NCBI GenBank assembly: GCA_964539655.1
Contig: CAZIJH010000002.1
Coordinates: 8,741-72,740 of the forward strand
Source of the DNA: an uncultured archaeon
GTDB lineage: Archaea; Aenigmatarchaeota; Aenigmatarchaeia; CG10238-14; SCSR01
Reading direction: 5' to 3'
DNA: 64,000 nt
The position numbers and the translations under genes were made by a program. A model generated the notes under the pieces. The model was not told the DNA's origin, ran no database searches, and saw only the letters and a list, made by a program, of their open reading frames with translations. Positions 35,550 to 45,251 of the stretch are shown piece after piece (position 1 is the stretch's first letter; the number at the start of each line of letters is the position of its first letter).

Positions 35550-36389
35550 TTATTTCTGTTTTTTAATCAGCTCGGAAACTTTCCTCACGTCTTCGCCGTT
35601 GTGCACGTTCACCCAGTTCCCCCCGATATGGAATCCGACAAGCTTGTCTTCCGCCGAAAGTTTCGGGAATATATTTTCCTGCAGGCTCCAGCAAATTTCC
35701 CCTGGAGGTATGTAGTTGAAAATTTCGGGCTTCATGAAACCGGCCAGCACTCCAGCAAGCCTGGTTTTAGGCTTTGCCGAATTTTCCTCGAAGCTGATTA
35801 TCCTGTGTCCTTCCATATCAATTATGCTTTTCTTCCAGTCGTAGCTCGTCCTCGCGTGCACACCGATCGTTGCGACTCCTCCGTACGTGTTGTGGAATTC
35901 CGCAAGCTTCCTCAAGTCGAAACCTATGTAGAAAGTGCTCGATAAAAATAGGAAATCGTTTTTGATGTAGTTCATCGCCAGCTCGAGAGTCTTCGCGCTA
36001 CCAAGAGACTTCTTTTCCTCTATGTATACGATCTTCACTTTGTATTTTTCCCCGCCGCCAAGGATCTCGTAAATTTTCGAAATAACTGAAGTAAATCCGA
36101 CAATGATGATGTTGGAGTATCCGGCCTCTCTGCATTTGGAAATCGTGTCCTCGATCAGCGTAGTCTTCCCGTTAATAATTGTGCACGGCCTAAGGACATC
36201 AGAATTTTCGAGAAGAAGTTTTTCAGGATCCCCTCCTGCAAGGATAACCGCAGTTTTCTGTCCCGTCAGATGATCTCTCAATATTTTTTCAATCGCATCG
36301 GAGCGCGACTTCACAATTATTCCGTCGATTTTTTTGTCAAGGTCCGACATGATTTCCTTGTCAATGGTCAACGAAATCCGTTTTTTCAT
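35550..36389 (-). CDS. Ribbon-helix-helix (CopG/NikR-like) DNA-binding domain fused to sugar-phosphate nucleotidyltransferase domain
   Basis: N-terminal KRISLTIDKEIMSDLDKKIDGIIVKSRSDAIEKILRDHL is an RHH. From residue ~45, AVILAGGDPEKL... is an NTP_transferase fold. Confidence 0.7.
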   Translation of the reverse strand: MKKRISLTIDKEIMSDLDKKIDGIIVKSRSDAIEKILRDHLTGQKTAVILAGGDPEKLLLENSDVLRPCTIINGKTTLIEDTISKCREAGYSNIIIVGFTSVISKIYEILGGGEKYKVKIVYIEEKKSLGSAKTLELAMNYIKNDFLFLSSTFYIGFDLRKLAEFHNTYGGVATIGVHARTSYDWKKSIIDMEGHRIISFEENSAKPKTRLAGVLAGFMKPEIFNYIPPGEICWSLQENIFPKLSAEDKLVGFHIGGNWVNVHNGEDVRKVSELIKKQK

Positions 36390-36406
36390 GTTTTATCATA
36401 CTGTAG

Positions 36407-36425
36407 TATTACTTTATATTACTTT
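36407..36425. promoter_or_regulatory. Tandem direct repeat TATTACTTT-A-TATTACTTT in divergent promoter region between RHH-NTase gene and UDP-glucose dehydrogenase operon
   Basis: Seen directly. It is a candidate operator for the RHH domain. Confidence 0.3.
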
Positions 36426-36468
36426 CGTTAGCTATTTATTCGATTTTTTTGAAGTATGGTAAGATAGT

Positions 36469-37779
36469 ATGAAAGTTTCTGTAATAGGCACAGGGTACGT
36501 CGGACTTACAGTCGCATGCTTGGCCGACTTCGGGCACAAGGTAATCTTGATTGGGAGAGCCCATGACAAGATAGATCTTATTAACAGCGGGGTATCCCCG
36601 ATATACGAGCCCGGGCTCGACGAAATTATAAAGAGAAACATCGACAACGGAAACCTGAAGGCAACCGATGATTACAATGAAATTCTTGACAGTGACGTAG
36701 TCTTCGTTTGTGTGGGCACTCCTTCGAGGTATGACGGCTCGATAGATCTTTCTCAAATTCAGGATGCGACAAAATCGATCGGAGAGAAACTGAAACTTAC
36801 AAACAAATACATAGTTGTCACAGTAAAAAGCACAGTTGTCCCCAACACGACTAAAGATTTCGTAACTCCAATTTTGGAAAAATATTCCGGAAAGAATTCG
36901 GGAAAAGATTTCGGCGTCGGAATGAATCCGGAATTCTTGAAAGAGGGAACGGGTGTCAGCGATTTTCTTTATCCGGACAAGATTGTGATCGGCGGAATGG
37001 ACGAGAGATCCAAGAGTGTCCTCGTCGATTTGTACAGCTGTCTCGATGCAAAATATCCGAGAGTATTGACAAATTTAACAACAGCCGAAATGATAAAGTA
37101 TGCGCAGAATTCCGCGCTGGCTGTCAGGATTTCTTTTATCAACGAGATTGCCAACATTTGCGAAAGAACCGGGGTCGATGTGGTTGATGTTGCAAAATCA
37201 ATTGGAATTGACACAAGAATAGGTCCGAAATTTTTAAACGCGGGTATAGGTTATGGGGGAAGTTGCTTTCCGAAAGATGTGAAGGCGCTCATCGCGATTG
37301 CAAAATCGGCCGGAGTTGATCCGAAAATTCTGCAATCGACAATTGATGTAAATGACGGCCGCGCTTCGCATGCGATTGATATGGCCAATCAAATACTTGG
37401 AAATCTTAACGGAAAGAAAATCGGAGCTCTGGGGCTTGCATTCAAGCAGGACACAGACGACATAAGAGAGTCGAAAGCAATCGCTGTTATACAATCGCTC
37501 TTGAGCCAGGGAGCGCAAGTCCAAGCATACGATCCGCAGGCAACTGCGAACGCGAAAGAAATTCTCAAGGACTCAATAAAATATTGCTCGACGAAAGAAG
37601 AGTGCCTGGATGGGATTGATCTGTGCATGGTTCTCACGGAATGGGACGAATTCAGAAATCTCGATCTTTCAAAAATAAAATGCCCGATATTCGACGGAAG
37701 AAGAGTCGTAAATCCGCAGAAAGCGAAAGAATTCGGCGTCGAATACAGTGGAATCGGATGGGGTGGTTATTCTGGTTAA
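36469..37779 (+). CDS. UDP-glucose/UDP-sugar 6-dehydrogenase family (Ugd/WecC-like)
   Basis: N-terminal VIGTGYVGL Rossmann motif, catalytic GGSCFPKD and a C-terminal UDP-binding domain. Confidence 0.85.
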   Translation: MKVSVIGTGYVGLTVACLADFGHKVILIGRAHDKIDLINSGVSPIYEPGLDEIIKRNIDNGNLKATDDYNEILDSDVVFVCVGTPSRYDGSIDLSQIQDATKSIGEKLKLTNKYIVVTVKSTVVPNTTKDFVTPILEKYSGKNSGKDFGVGMNPEFLKEGTGVSDFLYPDKIVIGGMDERSKSVLVDLYSCLDAKYPRVLTNLTTAEMIKYAQNSALAVRISFINEIANICERTGVDVVDVAKSIGIDTRIGPKFLNAGIGYGGSCFPKDVKALIAIAKSAGVDPKILQSTIDVNDGRASHAIDMANQILGNLNGKKIGALGLAFKQDTDDIRESKAIAVIQSLLSQGAQVQAYDPQATANAKEILKDSIKYCSTKEECLDGIDLCMVLTEWDEFRNLDLSKIKCPIFDGRRVVNPQKAKEFGVEYSGIGWGGYSG

Positions 37780-38608
37780 GGCAATTATTCTAGCTGCTGG
37801 AAAAGGAACGAGACTGAGACCCCTCACTTACGGAATTCCAAAACCGCTTCTTCCAGTAAAAGGAAAGCCCATGGTTGACTGGGTAATCAGGAGCGTCATG
37901 GGAAAGAACGTAGACGGAATAATTCTCGCAGTATCGGGGACTGTCGGAGAGGATTCGCAGGAAAGAATGCTTTCGCATATTCACGGAATCTGCATAGACG
38001 CTTACATCAAGAATCTCAATTACAATTGCCCGATAAGAACAATACCTACTCCGCAGAGAGAGACGGCTGGTGATCTAAGATTCGTACTTGAGGAAGCCCA
38101 CATCAAAAAGGGAACAATTATTGTCGCATACGGTGACAACCTGACATCAGTCGACGTTGACAAGCTTCTTGATTATCATGAAAGATGCAAAAAGGAATTG
38201 GGGACAGTTGGAACAGTCGTTCTTTTCGAAGCTCCTGAAAACGAAGTGCACAGGTTCGGTATAGCAAAGCTGAAAAGCGTAAACGGATTTGATCTTATAG
38301 AAAATTTCATAGAGAAGCCGACCTTGCAGCAGGCTCCGTCCAGACTTGCAAACGCAGGATACTACATACTCGACGTGGAGGAAGTCTTCGACATGCTATC
38401 GAGAGAAAAAGTTAAAGTCGAGCATTCGCTGTTCCCTACGCTCGCGAGCCAAAACAAACTTGCCGCGTTCGTAACTAAGCTGCCATTCTGGATTGACATA
38501 AGTACGGTAGAAGCTTACGAATTGGCAAATAAGCTCGCTCACGATAATCTCATTTTGCCGCCGCCGGTGGCAGAGGTGAAAAACAATGGAAATGGATCAA
38601 ATAATTAA
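37748..38608 (+). CDS. Sugar-1-phosphate nucleotidyltransferase
   Basis: AIILAAGKGTRLRPLTYGIPKPLLPV is the G-x-G-T-R-L signature. GTG starts are at 37748 or 37763. Confidence 0.75.
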   Translation: MESDGVVILVKAIILAAGKGTRLRPLTYGIPKPLLPVKGKPMVDWVIRSVMGKNVDGIILAVSGTVGEDSQERMLSHIHGICIDAYIKNLNYNCPIRTIPTPQRETAGDLRFVLEEAHIKKGTIIVAYGDNLTSVDVDKLLDYHERCKKELGTVGTVVLFEAPENEVHRFGIAKLKSVNGFDLIENFIEKPTLQQAPSRLANAGYYILDVEEVFDMLSREKVKVEHSLFPTLASQNKLAAFVTKLPFWIDISTVEAYELANKLAHDNLILPPPVAEVKNNGNGSNN

Positions 38609-41018
38609 GCAAGACGTGGAAACAATCGCGAAGAACCTGGAAAGTTTCAGGGAAAAAATTAGTGGAAAGACTTTTCTTGTAACGGGCGGCGCCGGATTTC
38701 TCGGAAGCTGGGTGTGCGACACTGCGATAAGCCTCGGCGCAAAAGTTATCTGCGTTGACAATCTAGTTTCGGGAGTCGCAACCAATGTAGAACATTTAAT
38801 GAAAAATCCCAACTTCGAATTCATCAGTTCAGACATTCTGAACTTCGACACGGACAAAAAAATCGATTACATTTTTCACATGGCAAGCATAGCTTCGCCT
38901 CCATTGTATATGGAATATCCAATAGAGACTCTTGACTCGAACATATTCGGAACAAAAAGGATGCTCGAGCTCGCGAAAAAAAATAATTCTAGTGGATTCG
39001 TTTTCATGAGCACTTCAGAAGTTTACGGAAATCCTCCCGACGAGTTCGTTCCTACTCCAGAAACTTTCCATGGAGTCGTGAATTCATTTGGCCCGCGCAG
39101 CGTCTATGACGAAGGCAAGCGCGCCGCAGAGGCATACTGCTATTCTTTTTTCCAGAAATTCAAAATGCCAATCAGGATTTCAAGAACGTTCAACACCTAC
39201 GGCCCGAGGCTCGATGTGAAGTCTAGAACGAGTTACGGAAGGGCTCTCGTGAAATTCATTTCTCAAGCCATCGACGGCCAGCCGATTAGCATTTACAGCG
39301 ACGGGAAGCAGACCAGAAGTTTCTGTTACATCACAGACCAAATAGAAGGACTTTTCAGGCTCATACTTACTGAAGGTGTTGACGGGGAAGTTTTCAACAT
39401 CGGGCAGGAAGAAGAAATCACAATAGAAACGTTGGCCAGAATGATTGTCAATTTTACAGGATCAAGTTCTATCGTCGAGACAAACACGAAGCCGAACTAC
39501 GACTTGAAAGATGATCCGAGAAGGAGATGTCCGAATATTTCCAAGGCAAGATTGAAGCTTGCGTACAATCCAAAAGTAAAATTGGAAGTGGGTCTGAAAA
39601 GGACGATCGATTGGATAAAAATACACGCCGAAAAGGAAAAAGAAATTCTAAAAAAAAACTTTAGATCAGGCGACATAAGAGGAGTTTACGGCAAGGATCT
39701 TAATGAAGATACCGCGAAAAATATCGGCAAGGCGTATGGTACTTTCATCGGCGGCAGAGACGTTTTCGTCGGCAGGGATTTCAGAACAAGTAGCAAATCA
39801 TTATCAAAATCTTTGATTGACGGACTAATTTCTGTCGGATGCAATGTAATTGATTTGGGGGAGGTCACATCGCCTGTTCTTTATTTCGCCGTCGCCAAAA
39901 ACGGAAACAATGGCGGAATAATGGTCACCGCTAGCCACAACCCTCCAGAATGGAATGGCTTCAAACTGTGCAACCAAGACGGTTCTCTGATAGTCGAAGG
40001 GTTCGGAATGGAAAACGTGTTCGAAATTTTCGCGAGCGGAAAGTTTTTGAATAACGGAAAAATCGGGAATGTTTCCAGCAACGTCAAAATAATTGACGAA
40101 TACATTGATTTTGTCTCAGGAAAGATCAAAGCTAACAAAAAATTGAAAATTGTGATAGACACTGGTAACGGAACCGGAGTCCTTGTTGCCCCCAAAATTT
40201 TTACCAAGCTTGGGCATGAAATAATTTTGATAAACGAACAACCAGACGGTACATTTCCGTCTAGACCGTCCGATCCTAAGAATGGACATCTTACCAAATT
40301 GAAGGAAGAAGTTTTGAAAAACAACGCTGATTTTGGAGTGGCATATGACGGAGATGCTGACAGGATTGGGGTAATTGACGAGTCTGGAGATTTTATAGGC
40401 AATGGAAATGTAATGATAATGATTTTTTCGAAGATGTATCTCGAATCTAACCCCGGATCGAAAATAGTTTTTGACATCTGCTGCTCGTCCGCCGTTGAAG
40501 AATACATAAGAACAAACGGAGGAATACCGCTTGTTAACAGAGTCGGGCATGGCCACATAGTCAACAGGATGATAAAGGAGAATGCAATATTTGGCGGAGA
40601 ATTCAGTAACCATCTTTACTTTTCAGACATGTTCAATTTTGACGACGCGGTATATGCGAGCATGAAAATTTCAGAATTGCTTTCCGGAACTCAGATGAAA
40701 CTTTCTGACATAGTTTCGTTGTTACCGAAATATCCGAACACGGACATTTTTGAAATAAAATGTTCCGACCATTTGAAATTTAATGTCGTTGACGCAGTAA
40801 AAAACAAGATCAAAAAAAATGGAATGAAAACTTTGGACATAGATGGCGTGAAAGTTTTTTCAGACAACGGGTGGGCATTAATCAGAGCTTCAAACACACA
40901 ACCTGTAATAAAAATTAATGCCGAATCAAATACCTACGAGGATGCAAACAGGATTTTGGAAAACCATGCAAAGATTGTGCAGGAGGAGGTAATCAATCAT
41001 GAAAATTCTAATAACTGA
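38586..41018 (+). CDS. Bifunctional fusion: NAD-dependent epimerase/dehydratase (UDP-glucuronate decarboxylase-like, N-term ~340 aa) + phosphomannomutase/phosphoglucomutase (C-term ~460 aa)
   Basis: N-terminal VTGGAGFLGSWVCD plus the YxxxK region. From ~residue 350, FRSGDIRGVYG..., the TASHNPPEWNGFK active-site serine loop and GDADR Mg site mark the mutase. It is a single uninterrupted ORF. Confidence 0.75.
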   Translation: MEMDQIIKQDVETIAKNLESFREKISGKTFLVTGGAGFLGSWVCDTAISLGAKVICVDNLVSGVATNVEHLMKNPNFEFISSDILNFDTDKKIDYIFHMASIASPPLYMEYPIETLDSNIFGTKRMLELAKKNNSSGFVFMSTSEVYGNPPDEFVPTPETFHGVVNSFGPRSVYDEGKRAAEAYCYSFFQKFKMPIRISRTFNTYGPRLDVKSRTSYGRALVKFISQAIDGQPISIYSDGKQTRSFCYITDQIEGLFRLILTEGVDGEVFNIGQEEEITIETLARMIVNFTGSSSIVETNTKPNYDLKDDPRRRCPNISKARLKLAYNPKVKLEVGLKRTIDWIKIHAEKEKEILKKNFRSGDIRGVYGKDLNEDTAKNIGKAYGTFIGGRDVFVGRDFRTSSKSLSKSLIDGLISVGCNVIDLGEVTSPVLYFAVAKNGNNGGIMVTASHNPPEWNGFKLCNQDGSLIVEGFGMENVFEIFASGKFLNNGKIGNVSSNVKIIDEYIDFVSGKIKANKKLKIVIDTGNGTGVLVAPKIFTKLGHEIILINEQPDGTFPSRPSDPKNGHLTKLKEEVLKNNADFGVAYDGDADRIGVIDESGDFIGNGNVMIMIFSKMYLESNPGSKIVFDICCSSAVEEYIRTNGGIPLVNRVGHGHIVNRMIKENAIFGGEFSNHLYFSDMFNFDDAVYASMKISELLSGTQMKLSDIVSLLPKYPNTDIFEIKCSDHLKFNVVDAVKNKIKKNGMKTLDIDGVKVFSDNGWALIRASNTQPVIKINAESNTYEDANRILENHAKIVQEEVINHENSNN

Positions 41019-41937
41019 GCCGACATACTTCCCGAAAGACATAGAAGAAGAGTTGGAGAAACATTTCTCAATAGTTTCTAAAAAGACAAGCAGGGACGAA
41101 TTGATAAAAGAAATTTCAGATGCAGATATCGTTATTGTAAGAGCCTTAACCAAAATTGACAAGGAAGTTCTGGATTCGGCAAAAAATCTGAAATTAATCT
41201 GTTCGATGACAGCTGGGCTCGATCATATCGACATGGTATACGCAGCTTCGAAAGGAATAGAAGTTTTCAACTCAATCGGATACGCGACCACAGCGACAGC
41301 CGAATACACATGCTCAATTATAATGAACTTGCTCAGAAAGATTCCGTGGGGGTTCGAGAGCTTGAAAAATGGTAGATGGGAAGACAGATCCAAATTCCTT
41401 GGGACAGAACTCGAAGGGAAAACCGTCGGCGTTATAGGATTCGGAAGAATAGGAAGCAGGGTCGGAAAATATGCAAAGGCGTTCGGAGCGAACGTCATTT
41501 ACTACGATCCATATGTCAACAAATATGCAGTGAAAGAGATTGGAGCGCAGGAAGTTTCATTCAATGATCTGCTCAAGACTTCTGACATAGTAACAATACA
41601 TTCGTTCCTGTCAAAGGAAACCGAGAGCATGATTTCGAAAAAGGAAATTGAAATGATGAAAGAAAATTCCTTCATTGTAAACATCGCAAGAGGAAAAATA
41701 ATAAATGAATCTGACTTATTGGAAGCGCTGAAAAGCAAGAGGATTATGGGAGCAGCGTTGGACGTTTTCGAATGCGAACCGCTTGATGTCGGCAGCCCGC
41801 TGGTCAAGTACGCAACAGAAAACACCAATCTAGTTCTCACACCACACCTTGCTGGATCGACATCAGAATCGATAAGAAGCGCTGCGCAGATAGTGAAAGA
41901 TCACATCTCCGCAAAATTCATAAATCCCGGCGGTTAG
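40999..41937 (+). CDS. D-isomer-specific 2-hydroxyacid dehydrogenase family
   Basis: GVIGFGRIGSRVGKYAKAFG is the NAD site. The catalytic R/E/H triad region is present. Confidence 0.8.
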   Translation: MKILITEPTYFPKDIEEELEKHFSIVSKKTSRDELIKEISDADIVIVRALTKIDKEVLDSAKNLKLICSMTAGLDHIDMVYAASKGIEVFNSIGYATTATAEYTCSIIMNLLRKIPWGFESLKNGRWEDRSKFLGTELEGKTVGVIGFGRIGSRVGKYAKAFGANVIYYDPYVNKYAVKEIGAQEVSFNDLLKTSDIVTIHSFLSKETESMISKKEIEMMKENSFIVNIARGKIINESDLLEALKSKRIMGAALDVFECEPLDVGSPLVKYATENTNLVLTPHLAGSTSESIRSAAQIVKDHISAKFINPGG

Positions 41938-41945
41938 TTGATTTT

Positions 41946-43061
41946 ATGAAAGTCTTGGTGACAGGCGGAGCGGGCTTCATCGGAAGCCATACGGTCGATC
42001 TTCTCGTTTCTAAAGGATTCGACGTAAGAATATTCGACAATTTTGAAAAGCAGGTTCACGGAGAAAAAAAGCCGGACTATCTGAATCGGAATGTCGAGAT
42101 GGTTTCCGGCGATGTCACGAATGTCGACCAATGGGAAAACGTTCTCACAGGCGTCGATGCGGTAATCCATCTTGCCGCGATGGTGGGAATGGGACAGAGC
42201 ATGTACCAGCCGGTGAAATACCTTTCCGTAAATACGATTGGAACTGCGAACATGTACGAAGCAATCCTCAGAAATCCAGATATCAGAAAAAACATACAGA
42301 AGATCATTGTTGCGAGCTCAAAGAGCATTTACGGCGAAGGGGCGTACATGTGCGAGGAACATGGCATCGTCTATCCAAATTCAAGAAAGGTCGACCAGCT
42401 GGAAAAAAATGACTGGGAAGTTTATTGCACAAAATGTAGCAGGCACGCCAATCCAGTCGGAATCTCAGAAGACAAGCCGGTGCAGAATCTTGCGATCTAT
42501 TCGCTGTCAAAGTACGACACTGAAAGAATATCGATGGATTTCGCGGCAGCACTCGGAATAACAACTGTCGCATTCAGGTACTTCAATGTCTATGGTCCGA
42601 GGCAGAGCCTCAACAATCCTTACACGGGAGTGGCTGCAATATTTTTGAGCAGGCTGAAAAATAACAACCAGCCAGTAATTTACGAAGACGGAAATCAGAT
42701 AAGAGATTTCATCCACGTGCAAGACATTGCGGCAGCCAACGTGCTCGCGTTGGAGAAAGCCAAAGAATCTGACGTTTACAATGTCGGAACAGGGCAACAG
42801 ATCACCATCGCGCAGATAGCAAGATTGCTTTCAAAAATTTTGGGAGCCGGAATAGAGCCGGACATAACTAACAAGTTCAGAGCCGGAGACAACAGGCACG
42901 ACTTTTCTGATATAGACAAAATAAAGAAAGTCCTTGGATTCAGTCCAAAATGGAAGCTGGAAGAGGGATTGAAAGACTTAGTACAGTGGTCCGAGTCACA
43001 GACCGCTATCGACAAATTTGACGAGGCAGAAAAGGAAAGGCTGAAATATTTTTCGAGGTGA
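41946..43061 (+). CDS. NAD-dependent sugar epimerase/dehydratase (SDR extended family)
   Basis: VLVTGGAGFIGSH and YSLSKYDTE (YxxxK). Confidence 0.8.
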   Translation: MKVLVTGGAGFIGSHTVDLLVSKGFDVRIFDNFEKQVHGEKKPDYLNRNVEMVSGDVTNVDQWENVLTGVDAVIHLAAMVGMGQSMYQPVKYLSVNTIGTANMYEAILRNPDIRKNIQKIIVASSKSIYGEGAYMCEEHGIVYPNSRKVDQLEKNDWEVYCTKCSRHANPVGISEDKPVQNLAIYSLSKYDTERISMDFAAALGITTVAFRYFNVYGPRQSLNNPYTGVAAIFLSRLKNNNQPVIYEDGNQIRDFIHVQDIAAANVLALEKAKESDVYNVGTGQQITIAQIARLLSKILGAGIEPDITNKFRAGDNRHDFSDIDKIKKVLGFSPKWKLEEGLKDLVQWSESQTAIDKFDEAEKERLKYFSR

Positions 43062-43070
43062 ATAGGTTAT

Positions 43071-44114
43071 ATGAAAGTCTTAGTCACTGGAGGAGCGGGC
43101 CTAGTAGGATCTTACTGCTGCCAGTTCTATGCGGGTAGGGGAGACCAGGTAGTAGCAGTAGACAATTTCATGCGCGCAAAACTTTTCGGTGAGGCCGGAA
43201 ACACGCAATCGAACGCAAACTTCATAAAAGACAATTTCAAAAACGTCCAGTTCCACAACATGGATTTCAGAGAAGTGGACAAGTTGAGACCTTTGATCGA
43301 AGATGTCGATCTCGTCGTGCACACAGCGGCGCAGCCGTCTCATCCAAAGTCTATTGATATACCCATGGAAGATTTTGAGATAAATGCTGTTGGCACATTG
43401 AAGCTTCTCGAGTTGCTGAGAAAGCACAATGACGATGTGACAATGATAAACTGCTCTTCGAACAAAGTTTACGGTGAAAATCCAAACACAATACCGAAGA
43501 TAATTGAGAAGGAGACTCGCTACGACTACGAGGACAGAGACGGAATCGACGAGACTCTTCCTACTGACGGGACGATGCACACTCCTTTCGGTGTGAGCAA
43601 GCTTGCGGCAGACACGTACGGTCAGGAATATGGAAAATTATACGGACTGAAGGTCGGAACGTTCAGGATGGGCTGCATAACCGGGCCAATGGCCAAGGCA
43701 GTAGAGCTTCACAACTGGGAGCCGTTCTTCCTCTGGACAAACATGCAGGAAAAAACTTTGAGCGTTTTCGGATTCAAAGGCAAGCAGGTGAGGGACGTGA
43801 TCGATGCGAGAGACCTCGTCAGAGCTTTCAACTTTTTCGTCGAAAATCCGAGACCCGGAGAAGCATACAACATGGGCGGAGGAAGACAGAATTCGATTTC
43901 GCTCCTCGAAGCGTTCAAGCTCATCGAAAGCATAACGGGCAAGCCGATGAAATTCGAGATGAAACCGAAGAGAGAGGGTGATCATCAGTGCTACATAACA
44001 GATTTCAGCAAGTTCAGATCCCACTATCCCGAATGGAACATAACGATCGGTCTGGAGCAGGTGTTCAAAGACATCTACAACTGGCTTGTAACTCATCCTC
44101 CGGCACAGCAGTAG
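43071..44114 (+). CDS. NAD-dependent sugar epimerase (CDP-paratose 2-epimerase-like)
   Basis: VLVTGGAGLVGSY and a YGVSKLAAD catalytic motif. Confidence 0.75.
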   Translation: MKVLVTGGAGLVGSYCCQFYAGRGDQVVAVDNFMRAKLFGEAGNTQSNANFIKDNFKNVQFHNMDFREVDKLRPLIEDVDLVVHTAAQPSHPKSIDIPMEDFEINAVGTLKLLELLRKHNDDVTMINCSSNKVYGENPNTIPKIIEKETRYDYEDRDGIDETLPTDGTMHTPFGVSKLAADTYGQEYGKLYGLKVGTFRMGCITGPMAKAVELHNWEPFFLWTNMQEKTLSVFGFKGKQVRDVIDARDLVRAFNFFVENPRPGEAYNMGGGRQNSISLLEAFKLIESITGKPMKFEMKPKREGDHQCYITDFSKFRSHYPEWNITIGLEQVFKDIYNWLVTHPPAQQ

Positions 44115-44171
44115 AACTAAGTTCCAATCTTTAATTAACTCCAGCAGCGAATTAAAATTGGAGAGTTTTTC

Positions 44172-45251
44172 GTGATACACATAGTCTACGGGACGAGGGC
44201 AGAAATCATAAAATTTTCCCCGCTCATCAAGGAACTGGCAAGAAGGAAACTAAATTTCAAAGTAATTGACACAGGCGACCATGACACAAGCGAGATACGC
44301 AGAGAACTGAAGCTGCGCACACCGGACTACTATTTTGGTAAATCTTTGAGGGAAGTCTGGTCGAAAATGTTTTTTCCCGCAGCAGCCGCATTAACGTTGG
44401 CTTGGGGATTTTCTACCTTCCTCAGGCTGCTAAAAATATTTTCTAAAGAGGGCGAAGTCATAGTCTACCACGGCAATACAAAGATAATTCCACTGGTGGC
44501 GCTTGCAAAAAAGATCCTGTTTTTCAAAAAACTTACGCTGGTCCATTACGAATCTGGGATGAGGGGGAAAACAAACGAATCGTCCTCGTTCGATTTTTAT
44601 GCAAAGTTCGGTGACAAGTTTTCGGACGTCCTGTTTGTGCAATCGGAAAGCTGCAGACGAAATATTTTGAAAGAAAAAATCAAAGGGAAAATTGTTTTTA
44701 TCGGAGACACGGTTCCGGATGTGATCAAAGAAGTGACGAAAATAAAACCTGGCGCAAGTTTGCGAAAAGGAAAATACGTGTTGGTAAATTCCACGAGATC
44801 AATAACAAGCGGTGGCAAGGCGTCCGAATTTGTAAACATAATAAACAATTCGCCGATCGATGTTGTGCTATCGCTCAACCCGAGGATGGTGTACAATCTG
44901 AAAAAATTCGGTGCATATGAAAAAATTGATTTCGGCAAAGTAGAATTGTTCAAAAGTTCCAGCTACGTCGATTTCATTCGTGAAATGAAAAATTCAAAAT
45001 TCGTAATTACAGACAGCCAGGGAGTGCAGCAGGAAAGCGTAGCTCTCGGAAAACCGTGCATAGTTTTGAACGATTTTATCCAAATGCCCGAGCTGAAGAA
45101 AACAGGTTTGATTAATGTGGCAGGATTTGACAGCGGAAAGATATTGAAAATTTTAAACGGGAAAAATAATTTTAAAAATGTTAAAAGCAAAACAAATTCG
45201 AGCAGCAAATCCACCAAAACCGCCGCAGACTATTTGGAGGAACTCGTATGA
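44172..45251 (+). CDS. UDP-N-acetylglucosamine 2-epimerase-like protein
   Basis: IVYGTRAEIIKFSPLIKEL matches the FGTRPEAIKMAP signature of non-hydrolysing 2-epimerases. Confidence 0.6.
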   Translation: MIHIVYGTRAEIIKFSPLIKELARRKLNFKVIDTGDHDTSEIRRELKLRTPDYYFGKSLREVWSKMFFPAAAALTLAWGFSTFLRLLKIFSKEGEVIVYHGNTKIIPLVALAKKILFFKKLTLVHYESGMRGKTNESSSFDFYAKFGDKFSDVLFVQSESCRRNILKEKIKGKIVFIGDTVPDVIKEVTKIKPGASLRKGKYVLVNSTRSITSGGKASEFVNIINNSPIDVVLSLNPRMVYNLKKFGAYEKIDFGKVELFKSSSYVDFIREMKNSKFVITDSQGVQQESVALGKPCIVLNDFIQMPELKKTGLINVAGFDSGKILKILNGKNNFKNVKSKTNSSSKSTKTAADYLEELV

